Positions 9,807 through 19,218 of a DNA stretch of 64,000 nucleotides are shown piece by piece. A program made the position numbers and the translations under genes. Position 1 is the stretch's first letter. The number at the start of each line of letters is the position of its first letter. This DNA is from an uncultured bacterium (GTDB lineage Bacteria; CSSED10-310; CAZUFC01), in contig CAZUFC010000004.1 of NCBI GenBank assembly GCA_964619725.1, forward strand, positions 32,001 through 96,000. The letters are read 5' to 3'. A model generated the notes under the pieces. The model saw only the letters and a list, made by a program, of their open reading frames with translations. It was not told where the DNA came from and did not search any database.

Positions 9807-11765
9807 ATGGATGAACACTTTCAGAAAAATAAATCGATTCAGAAAAAACACATACCTTTGGGAGCAATTGACGTTTTTCCGGCCCTGATTTTAATCGTCG
9901 CAGCTTTCCTGGTTCACTGGGGAACCCTGAAAGCAGGATTCATAAGTGATGATTTCGTGTTGCTTTCCATGACGGATAGGGCTGATTCCGTTTTTTCATT
10001 TTTTCACACAAATTGGTTATTGGAGCAGCATTCCGGCGGTTTTTATCGACCGATGGTAATGGTCTTGTGGAAGATAGACAGGATGATGTGGGGATTCAAT
10101 CCTCTGGGTTATCATTTCACGAATATTCTTTTGCACGCTATCACCGTTATGCTGATTTTTTTCCTTACTTTCGCACTTGTCGGCCGAAGAAGTACGGCAT
10201 TCTTCTGTTCATTGTTTTTTTGCGTCCATCCTGTTCATAGTGAAGCTATCGCATGGCTAAGCGGGAGAACGGATTTATGCTGCGCGGTTTTCTTTTTTTC
10301 GGCGTTATTGTTTTATGTCGTTTATCTGAAATATTCCAGGCGCGTGCTGTGGTATTTGCTGAGTCTACTAATGTTCATTTTTTCTTTGCTGTCAAAGGAA
10401 ATGGCCTTTACCTTGCCTGTAGCGGCTATCATCCTGGATTTTTTAATTAAAAGTAAACCATTGAAAGGCAACAAGTCTCCAAGAAGCGCCTTCGTATTCA
10501 GAACCGTTCCTTTTTTTATTATTTTGGGAGTAGTCGTTTACATCAGGTACAGAATACTTGGAGGTATCGGCGGGTATGGGGAATCAAAACATTTTCGATT
10601 CGATTTAATAATTTTCAATTATTTTAAGCATTATTTCAATTGGATGCTGACTCCATTTCGATTCATCACGCTGGAAAGAAGTCATCACGACATCGTAGCC
10701 TGGGGAACCCTGGCCGTATTGGCTTTGGGGTTATTGAAGAGGCAATTGAGAACAGGAATTTTAATTTTCGTCGTAACGCTATTACCTGTTTTGAATTTAT
10801 GCCGGCCGCAATATCTTTACATACCGTCCTGGGGACTGTTGCTTGTTTTGTCTGTTCTGATATTCTCCGGCCGAAGAGGTTGGACGAATACGTTTTTTCG
10901 GCTGCTTCTGATTGTCATTCTGGTCCTTTTCTGGACGGTGGAAGTCCGTTATCGAAACCGGGAATGGGTTAGAACAGGAGGCGTGGGTTTGGGTGTAAGA
11001 GATATTATGACCAATATGCATCCTTTTTTCCCGGATGATTCCGAATTATATTTTAGAAATCTTCCAATAAATACGGCGATACCGATAGGAGTCTTCCAAA
11101 ACGGGTTGCAGGAAGCTGTGCGTATGTGGTATGGAAATGGGACGCTGACGGCAAAGCATGTTTCTGATTTCAGGAGCTACGCTGGGGAGCTGGAAAATGA
11201 AGGTAAAAGATACTTTTTCCATATGGATCGGGGATTTTTTTATGATATGACGGACGCCGTGCGTTCGAAGGGAAATGAGACGGTTATTATAAAAGAAGGT
11301 GAGTCGATTACTCTGGATTATCTTCACAAGAAGGAAAGCATTCGATTTAACGAACCGGTCAGGGCTTATGAAATGGAGTTGTGGTCCCTTCTGGCCGACG
11401 GCGCCGACATGGAAAACGGCAGCAAGGCAGGGGAAATTGAATTGAAAAATAATGATGATACGTTGAAAACGTTGTCTTTACGGGCCGGCATAGAGACTGC
11501 CGAATGGGCGTATCATCGAGAGGATTTAAAGGACAGGATAGAACACAATTTTGCCGATGCCGTCTCTGCGAGACTGTTAAATGTATTCAGCAGGCCGGTT
11601 CAAATCGAGTATATCTACCGCAGCCGCTTTGAACTTGATCCTGAACAAACGATAACAGGATTGATTTTCCGGTATGCGGGCCCTCCGTCGCAACCGCAAC
11701 GAAAAACTTTAATTCAAATCAGAAAACTGTTGTTTCGTTCAAAACAGAAAGAGGCTCCCTTGTGA
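9807..11765 (+). CDS. TMTC-like/GT39-type GT-C glycosyltransferase with C-terminal extracytoplasmic domain
   Basis: FISDDF, FYRP, YHFTNILLH, HPVHSEAIAWLSGR and SKE motifs. No TPR; the soluble C-terminal domain contains AGIETAEWAY. Start uncertain (ORF open from 9654). Confidence 0.8.
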   Translation: MDEHFQKNKSIQKKHIPLGAIDVFPALILIVAAFLVHWGTLKAGFISDDFVLLSMTDRADSVFSFFHTNWLLEQHSGGFYRPMVMVLWKIDRMMWGFNPLGYHFTNILLHAITVMLIFFLTFALVGRRSTAFFCSLFFCVHPVHSEAIAWLSGRTDLCCAVFFFSALLFYVVYLKYSRRVLWYLLSLLMFIFSLLSKEMAFTLPVAAIILDFLIKSKPLKGNKSPRSAFVFRTVPFFIILGVVVYIRYRILGGIGGYGESKHFRFDLIIFNYFKHYFNWMLTPFRFITLERSHHDIVAWGTLAVLALGLLKRQLRTGILIFVVTLLPVLNLCRPQYLYIPSWGLLLVLSVLIFSGRRGWTNTFFRLLLIVILVLFWTVEVRYRNREWVRTGGVGLGVRDIMTNMHPFFPDDSELYFRNLPINTAIPIGVFQNGLQEAVRMWYGNGTLTAKHVSDFRSYAGELENEGKRYFFHMDRGFFYDMTDAVRSKGNETVIIKEGESITLDYLHKKESIRFNEPVRAYEMELWSLLADGADMENGSKAGEIELKNNDDTLKTLSLRAGIETAEWAYHREDLKDRIEHNFADAVSARLLNVFSRPVQIEYIYRSRFELDPEQTITGLIFRYAGPPSQPQRKTLIQIRKLLFRSKQKEAPL

Positions 11766-13201
11766 CTGACAAATACAAAGTTTTATTGATCTTGCCGAGT
11801 TTCAGTTCGGAAAAGCATTACGGAAAACTCAGCAATGTCGCTCCATCGCTGTTGCCGGTCAGTTTGGTTTATCTTGCGGCCTGGCTGGAAAAGCACAATT
11901 ACAGGGTTGAAATTTTCGACGGACAGGTCCAGGAAATGACCGAGAGGACCCTGAAAGAAAAATTGTCGCAGTTTAAGCCTCAGGTCGTAGGAATAACCTG
12001 CATGACGCCCATGGCTTATGAAGCTCATAAAACAGCGGAGGTCGTTCGTAATTTTGATGAAAATCTTCTTATAGTCATGGGGGGCATTCATCCGTCCATA
12101 TTGCCGGACGAGACGTTGGAAGATGAAAACGTTGATATTGTGGTGAGGGGAGAGGGTGAGTTCACTTTTCATGAAGTTATTTCCGCGTATGAAAACGACG
12201 AAGGTTTCGATAAGATCAAAGGCGTGTCTTACAGAGATGGAAACTCCGGCAGGATTATTCATACCGAAGAGCGGGAATTGCTTGAAGAATTGGATATCTT
12301 GCCTTTTCCGGCTCTTCATTTGATCCCGATGGATGATTATCATCAAATACCTGATGCTGTTTTTGCTCTTCCTCTGCGCGCCATGATCACTTCTCGCGGC
12401 TGCCCCTTCAAATGTATTTTTTGTTCGGCGCGGCTGATGTCGGGATACAAATACAGGTACAGGAGTCCTGAAAACGTTCTGGGAGAGATGGATATTCTGA
12501 TAAACAAATATAATGCAAAGCAGATCGCCATGCTGGACGATAATTTTGTTGTTAATCGGGAAAGAACAGTAAATATATGCGAAGGGATGATCCGACGGGA
12601 CTTCCACAAAAGAACGGTATGGACCTGCGCCGCGAGAGCCGATCAGGTCGAAGAAGAACTGATGCGGATTATGAAAAAAGCGGGATGCAAATTAATTTCT
12701 TTCGGAGTAGAAACGGGGACGCAGCGGATTATGGACCTTATTCAGAAGGATGAAACGCTGGAGCAAATTCAGAAAGCGGTCGAATTGGGTAAAAAAGCGG
12801 GTTTGCTTATCCGAGGTACATTGATGCTGGGATTGCCGACCGAGACGGTTGAAGAGTCTCGAAAAACGATAGAATTCGCTAAAAACATCGGACTTGATTT
12901 CGCCAAATTTTCCATTGCTACTCCTTATCCGGGAACAGTTCTTTATAATCTGGCCAAAAAGCAGGGATTAATAGACGCTGATGACTGGTCGAGATTCTCA
13001 TCTATGGCTGGTTTCAGTGATTATGATCCTGTTTACGTGCCGGAAGGACGCGAGCCCGGTGAATTAAAAAAACTTCAAAAAACGGCGACTCGTGAGTTTT
13101 ATCTTCGACCCAGGCAAATCTTTCATCTCCTCAAAAATATGAAGGGTTGGAAAGATTTTAAAATGTACTTCTATGCAGCGCGTTCTTTGCTGGATAAATA
13201 A
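11762..13201 (+). CDS. Cobalamin-binding radical SAM enzyme #3
   Basis: MGGIHPS, VRGEGE, SRGCPFKCIFC, FGVETG, ATPYPGT. GTG start overlaps the upstream stop. Confidence 0.92.
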   Translation: MTDKYKVLLILPSFSSEKHYGKLSNVAPSLLPVSLVYLAAWLEKHNYRVEIFDGQVQEMTERTLKEKLSQFKPQVVGITCMTPMAYEAHKTAEVVRNFDENLLIVMGGIHPSILPDETLEDENVDIVVRGEGEFTFHEVISAYENDEGFDKIKGVSYRDGNSGRIIHTEERELLEELDILPFPALHLIPMDDYHQIPDAVFALPLRAMITSRGCPFKCIFCSARLMSGYKYRYRSPENVLGEMDILINKYNAKQIAMLDDNFVVNRERTVNICEGMIRRDFHKRTVWTCAARADQVEEELMRIMKKAGCKLISFGVETGTQRIMDLIQKDETLEQIQKAVELGKKAGLLIRGTLMLGLPTETVEESRKTIEFAKNIGLDFAKFSIATPYPGTVLYNLAKKQGLIDADDWSRFSSMAGFSDYDPVYVPEGREPGELKKLQKTATREFYLRPRQIFHLLKNMKGWKDFKMYFYAARSLLDK

Positions 13202-13217
13202 ACGAGGACATAATGAA

Positions 13218-14321
13218 ATGTTGAATCATGCAGATTTATATCGGAAAATCGGAGAGCTATACAGCAAGATTCCCATGACTTTTTTCAATGGGTATGCTTT
13301 CCCTCCTTTGCGGATTGCTTTTATATTGACGCATCGTTGCAACTTGAAATGTGAAATGTGTTTTGTATGGAAACACTCCAACCCCGCTGAAGAAAAGAAA
13401 AAAGAATTAAGCACACAAGAGATAATCAACCTGATCGATCAGACGCCCTTCTATTCCGTGCTGACCTTTACCGGCGGAGAACCGCTGGTCCGGAACGATA
13501 TACGCCAAATACTGGAATATTCCATCGCCAAAAGAAGAGTTCATCTGGTAACGAACGGAACGCTGGCCGATGATAGCCTGACAGAGTTTTTAATTGACAA
13601 TGCGGCTGATAATTTCTGGAATAAGGGTCTGCTTTCTTTAGGGGTTTCATTGGAAGGTCCCGCGGAAATTCATGACCGGGCCGTGCAGGTTCAGGGGGCG
13701 CGAGACAAGACAGTGGCGTTTATCAAGAAGGCATCCGAGTTGAAGCGGAAGCGCGGCAAAAAATTTCCCATTATTGATCTGAAAGTAGTCATGAGCCGTT
13801 TCAATTTTGATTATTTGACTGATTTATTCAGAACAGCGGAGGAATCGGGAGCAGATTTAATATCATATCAGATAGAGAACAGTCAGTCGTCTTCGTACGG
13901 AGTGCCGCTGGGCGGTCCGAATGCTCATGCCCATTTGCCGCCGAAGATCGAAGAGGTGTCGCCTGAAAAAGTTAAATCAGCATTAATCGAATTGAAAAGT
14001 GCAGCAGTTGATTCAAAAGTTTCCATCCGTTTTAATCCCGAAATGCCTATAGAAAGAATGGCGGATCGATATCAGAATCGTTTTCGAAGCGAATACTTTT
14101 ATTGTGACACGGCCTGGACGGTCCTTCACATCGGACCGTTCGGTCATGTTTACCCCTGTTTCACCTATTCCATGGGCGACGTACGCAAGAGCAGCTTAAA
14201 CACTATCTGGAACGGGGAAAAATACCGGAAATTCAGAAGAATGCTCAAAAAGGAAAGAATTTTTCCAGGTTGCGCCGGTTGTTGTGTGATGAAATGTAAT
14301 AATCAGGGGCGAGATTCTTGA
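13218..14321 (+). CDS. Radical SAM protein with SPASM/twitch domain
   Basis: HRCNLKCEMC, TGGEP; C-terminal C...GHVYPC...MGDV...IWNG...CAGCC. GAGGA RBS. Confidence 0.9.
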   Translation: MLNHADLYRKIGELYSKIPMTFFNGYAFPPLRIAFILTHRCNLKCEMCFVWKHSNPAEEKKKELSTQEIINLIDQTPFYSVLTFTGGEPLVRNDIRQILEYSIAKRRVHLVTNGTLADDSLTEFLIDNAADNFWNKGLLSLGVSLEGPAEIHDRAVQVQGARDKTVAFIKKASELKRKRGKKFPIIDLKVVMSRFNFDYLTDLFRTAEESGADLISYQIENSQSSSYGVPLGGPNAHAHLPPKIEEVSPEKVKSALIELKSAAVDSKVSIRFNPEMPIERMADRYQNRFRSEYFYCDTAWTVLHIGPFGHVYPCFTYSMGDVRKSSLNTIWNGEKYRKFRRMLKKERIFPGCAGCCVMKCNNQGRDS

Positions 14322-15082
14322 GAAATATGGAAAACAATCATTACAGCTACGAAATTTACAGAGACCCGACACATGCTGCGGAATTTGAACAGGATCGATT
14401 TGGAGGAAAATTCGGAGAATACATACGTCGGTACGATGAACAGCTTATCTGCAAACTCTTGCCTGATGACCTCAGTGGCTGCAGCATCCTGGACGTCGGC
14501 GCCGGAACGGGAAGGCTTTCCATACCGCTTTCCGGAAAAGGCGCTCATGTTACGGCCCTGGACGCCTCTTCAGCCATGCTCAAAATTGCCGTTCAGAAAA
14601 GCAGGAACAGCAAAAAAATAAATATTGTGGAAGGGGATGCCCATTTCCTTCCCGTCGCTGATTTTGCTTTTGATTACGTCGTTTGCACTCGCTTGCTCAT
14701 GCATGTGATTCACTGGAAGAAGGTAATTTCCGAAGTTTGTCGCGCTGCACGCGTGGGAGTTATCATTGATTTTCCGACAATTTCCAGTTTCGCCGGCACC
14801 GCTCCGCTTGTAAACGGCATAAAAGAATTTTTCGATATCAAAGTTCAGAATTACAGGGTTTTCTCTGTGGCTGACATCTATTACGCCTTTGAAAAACAGA
14901 ATTTTCAGGTGGATAATATGCAACGCGTTTTTCTGCTGCCCTTTTTCGTTCATCGAAAACTGGATAATCCGAAACTTTCCGAAAACATAGAAGCTTTCTT
15001 CAGAAAAATCAGGGCCACCGAATATTTCGGTTCGCCGATGTTGTTGTCTGCTTTCCGAAAAAACAAGAGTGATAAATTATGA
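14318..15082 (+). CDS. Class I SAM-dependent methyltransferase
   Basis: ILDVGAGTGR, LDASSAML, GDAHFLP, FDYVVC. Confidence 0.9.
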   Translation: MRNMENNHYSYEIYRDPTHAAEFEQDRFGGKFGEYIRRYDEQLICKLLPDDLSGCSILDVGAGTGRLSIPLSGKGAHVTALDASSAMLKIAVQKSRNSKKINIVEGDAHFLPVADFAFDYVVCTRLLMHVIHWKKVISEVCRAARVGVIIDFPTISSFAGTAPLVNGIKEFFDIKVQNYRVFSVADIYYAFEKQNFQVDNMQRVFLLPFFVHRKLDNPKLSENIEAFFRKIRATEYFGSPMLLSAFRKNKSDKL

Positions 15083-16257
15083 AAAGGATTTTAATGATCG
15101 CTCCGGAACCTTTTTTTAAAATAAGGGGAACTCCTTTCAGCGTTTTTCATCGATGTCGCGCTTTAACTTCTCTGGGTTATGAAGTTGACCTTATAACTTA
15201 TCATCTTGGTGAAAACGTTGATATGAAAGGATTAAATGTCATCCGGTCGCCCCGGTTCAAATTTATCAAAAACGTCCCCATAGGATTTTCAATTCAGAAA
15301 ATGTTTCTGTGGTGGATATTGCTGGGAATGGCGTATCAGCGATTGAAACAATTTGATTATCTATGCGTTCATACTCACGAAGATGCCGTCTTTATGGGCG
15401 TTGTGCTCCGTAAAATGTTCGGGATAACCCATGTTTACGACATGCATTCCAGCCTGCCCCAGCAATTTGAAAATTATAAAACGACGAGTTCAAAAGCTTT
15501 TCTGAAATTCGCTTATATGATGGAGCGAATGGCTTTAAAAAATTCAGACGCGGTCATTACGATCTGTTCAAGCCTTTTTGAGCATGCAAAATCTGTAAAC
15601 AGGGAGAATTTTAAAGCTTTGATTGAAAATGTATCTTCAACGATCGGATGCAGCGCCGATGATGAACAGGTTAAAAATTTAAAAGAAGAATTGGGCATCA
15701 TAGGGGAAAAAGCGGTCATATATACAGGGACGCTGGAAAACAACCAAGGCATAGATTTGATGATAGATGCCTTTGCTGAAGCCGTCGATTTAATTCCTCC
15801 GGCCAAACTAATCATAGTCGGCGGAGAGCCTGAACAGGCAGAGTTCTACCGCAGATACGCCGAAAAGCGTAATATTGCAAACAAGGTTTTGCTGACCGGT
15901 AAAATGCCCGTTGAAACAATGGCGGTTTTTATGAAAATTGCTGACATCCTGGTTTCTCCACGGTCCATCGGCACTAACACGCCTTTAAAAATTTACACAT
16001 ATCTTGAGGCAGGCAAACCCATCCTCGCGACCAATCTCAAAACCCACACGCAGGTGCTTTCAAAAGATGACTCCTATCTTGCAAAACCGACGGTTGAGGG
16101 ATTAAAGGAAGGACTTGTCCGGCTGATGAATGATGAAAATTTGCGTTTCAAATTGTCGAAAGGAGCGCGAAGCTTATTTGAAAATTCTTACAGCGATGAA
16201 ATGTTCGTCGCTAAAACGAAGAAATTTTATGAAAAGGCGCTAAGTCTTATGAAATAA
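15079..16257 (+). CDS. Glycosyltransferase family 4
   Basis: IYTGTL..NQGIDL, ADILVSPR, PLKIYTYLEAGKPILAT. Confidence 0.9.
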   Translation: MKRILMIAPEPFFKIRGTPFSVFHRCRALTSLGYEVDLITYHLGENVDMKGLNVIRSPRFKFIKNVPIGFSIQKMFLWWILLGMAYQRLKQFDYLCVHTHEDAVFMGVVLRKMFGITHVYDMHSSLPQQFENYKTTSSKAFLKFAYMMERMALKNSDAVITICSSLFEHAKSVNRENFKALIENVSSTIGCSADDEQVKNLKEELGIIGEKAVIYTGTLENNQGIDLMIDAFAEAVDLIPPAKLIIVGGEPEQAEFYRRYAEKRNIANKVLLTGKMPVETMAVFMKIADILVSPRSIGTNTPLKIYTYLEAGKPILATNLKTHTQVLSKDDSYLAKPTVEGLKEGLVRLMNDENLRFKLSKGARSLFENSYSDEMFVAKTKKFYEKALSLMK

Positions 16258-16283
16258 TACCTAATGAAACGAATCAAACTGAT

Positions 16284-17174
16284 ATGGGTGAAAAGATGAA
16301 AAGAAAAACGCAGGTCTCGGCAAAAATTCGTGATGTCCAGCAAACTGAATTGCAGGCCCAAATAATGACCGAGAAAACCCCGGCTTTCAAAAAATATCAG
16401 AAACTAGTTATCGGTAATACGAAACTGGGCTCATTGTTGAAATATGAATTGATCACGCTGCTTTTCGGTAATCTTCCCGGCGCATTAGGCTACATTACCC
16501 GAAGACTTTTTTATCCTTTTTTGTTCGCCTCATGCGGAAAGGGCGTGACATTCGGCCGCAACATGACTATAAGGCATCCCAATAAAATAAAGATCGGCGA
16601 CTGCTGCGTTTTTGATGACTATAGCGTCCTGGATGCCAAGGGCGAATCGAATGCCGGAATAAACATCGGCAACAATGTCCTGATAGCTCGCAATACAGTT
16701 ATATCATGCAAGGGGGGCGACATCACGATCGGGGACAACTCCAATATTTCTCTGAACTGCATGATTCATTCGGAAAGTTCGGTGATACTAGGCCGCAACG
16801 TTTTAATAGCCGCGTATTGTTATATCATCGGCGGCGGCACGCACGATTTCGACCGCACGGATATACCGATCATTCAGCAGGGCAGTACATCCAAGGGGAT
16901 AATCATAGAGGAGAACGTCTGGTTGGCTGCCGGAGTAAAGATTCTGGACGGTTCGAAGATTGGAAAAGATTCGATTATCGGCACGGATTCGGTGGTGAAT
17001 AAGAGGATACCGGATTTTTCCATAGCGCTGGGGTATCCGGCCAAAGTCATAAAAAACCGGCTGAAACACAAGGTTACCCGCAGAGAGCGAGAGGAAACGC
17101 CAAAATCGCAAAGCGATGAGAGACAGAGCGATGAAGGTGATCCTGAAAAGAGTTCAGATGATTCAGCCGAATAA
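16284..17174 (+). CDS. Hexapeptide-repeat (left-handed beta-helix) O/N-acyltransferase
   Basis: Repeated I.IG.N units, IIIEENVWLA, SIIGTDSVV, ALGYPAKVI; acidic C-terminal tail. Confidence 0.88.
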   Translation: MGEKMKRKTQVSAKIRDVQQTELQAQIMTEKTPAFKKYQKLVIGNTKLGSLLKYELITLLFGNLPGALGYITRRLFYPFLFASCGKGVTFGRNMTIRHPNKIKIGDCCVFDDYSVLDAKGESNAGINIGNNVLIARNTVISCKGGDITIGDNSNISLNCMIHSESSVILGRNVLIAAYCYIIGGGTHDFDRTDIPIIQQGSTSKGIIIEENVWLAAGVKILDGSKIGKDSIIGTDSVVNKRIPDFSIALGYPAKVIKNRLKHKVTRREREETPKSQSDERQSDEGDPEKSSDDSAE

Positions 17175-17183
17175 GAGTTAGAT

Positions 17184-18158
17184 ATGAAGTTCAGCGACAG
17201 GCTATTTTTTTTCTTCAAGTTTTTTCTGTCCTTCGGCATCATCGCAGCTTTTTTTCTATGGGGAAGAGTAGACTGGGGAGAAACCTGGCAGGCCATAAGA
17301 AACGTCAATGTGAAGCTTTTGATTCTGGCCGCCTGCTTTCATATCCTTGGCCTTTTATTCAGTTCCATTAGATGGAAGAATCTGTTGGCCGCTCAGGGAT
17401 TACGCTACAATATCACTGAATTGTTTAAGTTTTATCTGGTTGGCGGTTTTTTCAATACTTTTCTGCCGGGGAGGGTCGGCGGAGATATTATGCGTATTCA
17501 TGACGTCAGCAAGAAAAAAGGATCGCATGTAGAACCGACGGCTGTCGTTCTTATCGAGAGAGGATCGGGAGTATTGACTTTGCTTGGATTAGCCGCTTTC
17601 GTCATGATAATGAATTTTGACGTCGGTTTTGACATCGCTCCGTTCCAGAAAAGTTTCTGGATTTCACTATTTTTTCTTTTATTAATCGTCGTTTTTTTCG
17701 TTATGTTATTTCATCCTTCAATGGTGAAAATATTATTGAATTTATTTGAGAAAAAATGGTTGAACAGAATGAAACCCTTTGCCGAAAAATTTTACCGCGC
17801 CGTCGTGATTTACAAAAACAGAAGACTGTATTTATTTAAAGCGTTGGCAGCAGGCGCCGCCCTCCAGGTAAATTACGTGATGCATTACTACGTTATTGGG
17901 CTTGCATTGGGGTTCCAGAGCATCAATCTCGCCTTTTATTTCTTTTTAATACCGGTTAGAGCGGTTCTGTTGATGACCCCGGTTTTCATTAACGGATTCG
18001 GATTACGGGAAGCCATAGACATATTTTTCTTTGAAAAAGCAGGAATATCAGCCGGAAAGGCGATATCATTTTCCTGGGTATCCGTCGCTATGACGATGGT
18101 TTATGGATTGATAGGCGGACTCGTGTACATTTTCAGGAAAGAAGCGAAAAGAATATGA
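17184..18158 (+). CDS. Lysylphosphatidylglycerol-synthase TM domain / flippase-like membrane protein
   Basis: SIRWKNLL, FFNTFLPGRVGGDIMR, IERGSG, PVFINGFGLRE. Confidence 0.88.
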   Translation: MKFSDRLFFFFKFFLSFGIIAAFFLWGRVDWGETWQAIRNVNVKLLILAACFHILGLLFSSIRWKNLLAAQGLRYNITELFKFYLVGGFFNTFLPGRVGGDIMRIHDVSKKKGSHVEPTAVVLIERGSGVLTLLGLAAFVMIMNFDVGFDIAPFQKSFWISLFFLLLIVVFFVMLFHPSMVKILLNLFEKKWLNRMKPFAEKFYRAVVIYKNRRLYLFKALAAGAALQVNYVMHYYVIGLALGFQSINLAFYFFLIPVRAVLLMTPVFINGFGLREAIDIFFFEKAGISAGKAISFSWVSVAMTMVYGLIGGLVYIFRKEAKRI

Positions 18159-19129
18159 TATTGATAACGGGGGCAAGCGGATTTATCGGGAGACATCTGT
18201 CGGAAACTCTGCTGCGATCTGGACATCAGGTGCGGGTTCTTTTGCGAAGGGAAACCGATGAGCATTTTTTTTCAGTGCAACCGACGGAAACAGTCAGGGG
18301 GGATTTAAGAAGCCGCGAAACAATAGACAAGGCTGTATCGGGCGTTGACGTCGTAATACATCTTGCTGCTGTTTTGGGACCGTCTCAGATTCGGGAGAAA
18401 ATCTTCTATGACGTTAACGTCCGGGCAACGGCTGATTTGCTGAAAACAGCACAAAAGTCAGGCGTGAGACAATTTATTTATGGGAGCACGGTCGGCGTTC
18501 TTGGAGACGTCGCCGGAGTCGTTGCGGACGAGTCGGCAGAATGCAGCCCGGAATCTGTTTATGAAAAGACGAAATGCGAGGCTGAATTTATCGTTCGAGA
18601 GGCTCAGAGTCAATCATTCAACATAACTGTAATTCGCCCGGCCTGGGTATACGGACCGGGAGACAGGCGAACCTTCAAGCTGATAAACGCCATTGCATCA
18701 AAGAAATTTATGTTTGTCGGGAAAGCCGGGAACCTGCAGCATCCCGTGTTTATTTCCGACCTTGTAACGGGCATAATGCTCTGTGTGAATAATGAGAGAG
18801 CTGCAGGAGAAATATATCATTTAGGTGGTCCGGAAATTGTAACAGTAAGAAAACTATGCACAACAGCGGCTTCCATCCTGGGAGTATCACTGCCGAGAGT
18901 TTCTCTGCCCTTATTTGCAGCTAAGATACTAGCCCGTTTTTCCGAAAAAATTTTTGATTTAGCTGGAAAAGAAGCGCCGGTAGACCGGGGAAAAGTTGAT
19001 TTTTTCGTCAAAAATCGCGCTTACAGCATAGAAAAGGCGAAAAGAGAACTGTCGTACAATCCGGAAACTTTTCTTGAACAGGGTATGACTGCTGCGATAA
19101 AGTGGTATCGGGAACAATGCTGGTTATGA
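18155..19129 (+). CDS. NAD-dependent epimerase/dehydratase (extended SDR)
   Basis: ITGASGFIG, IHLAA, YEKTK (YxxxK), RPAWVYGPGD. Confidence 0.9.
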   Translation: MILITGASGFIGRHLSETLLRSGHQVRVLLRRETDEHFFSVQPTETVRGDLRSRETIDKAVSGVDVVIHLAAVLGPSQIREKIFYDVNVRATADLLKTAQKSGVRQFIYGSTVGVLGDVAGVVADESAECSPESVYEKTKCEAEFIVREAQSQSFNITVIRPAWVYGPGDRRTFKLINAIASKKFMFVGKAGNLQHPVFISDLVTGIMLCVNNERAAGEIYHLGGPEIVTVRKLCTTAASILGVSLPRVSLPLFAAKILARFSEKIFDLAGKEAPVDRGKVDFFVKNRAYSIEKAKRELSYNPETFLEQGMTAAIKWYREQCWL

Positions 19130-19218
19130 ATGAACCGGTGAGTTGCTTTTTTAGAGGAACGAACGATGGAGTTCTTCAGCGCGTGGTTCTCAGAGGATCA
19201 GGAATGAGGTTAATATAG

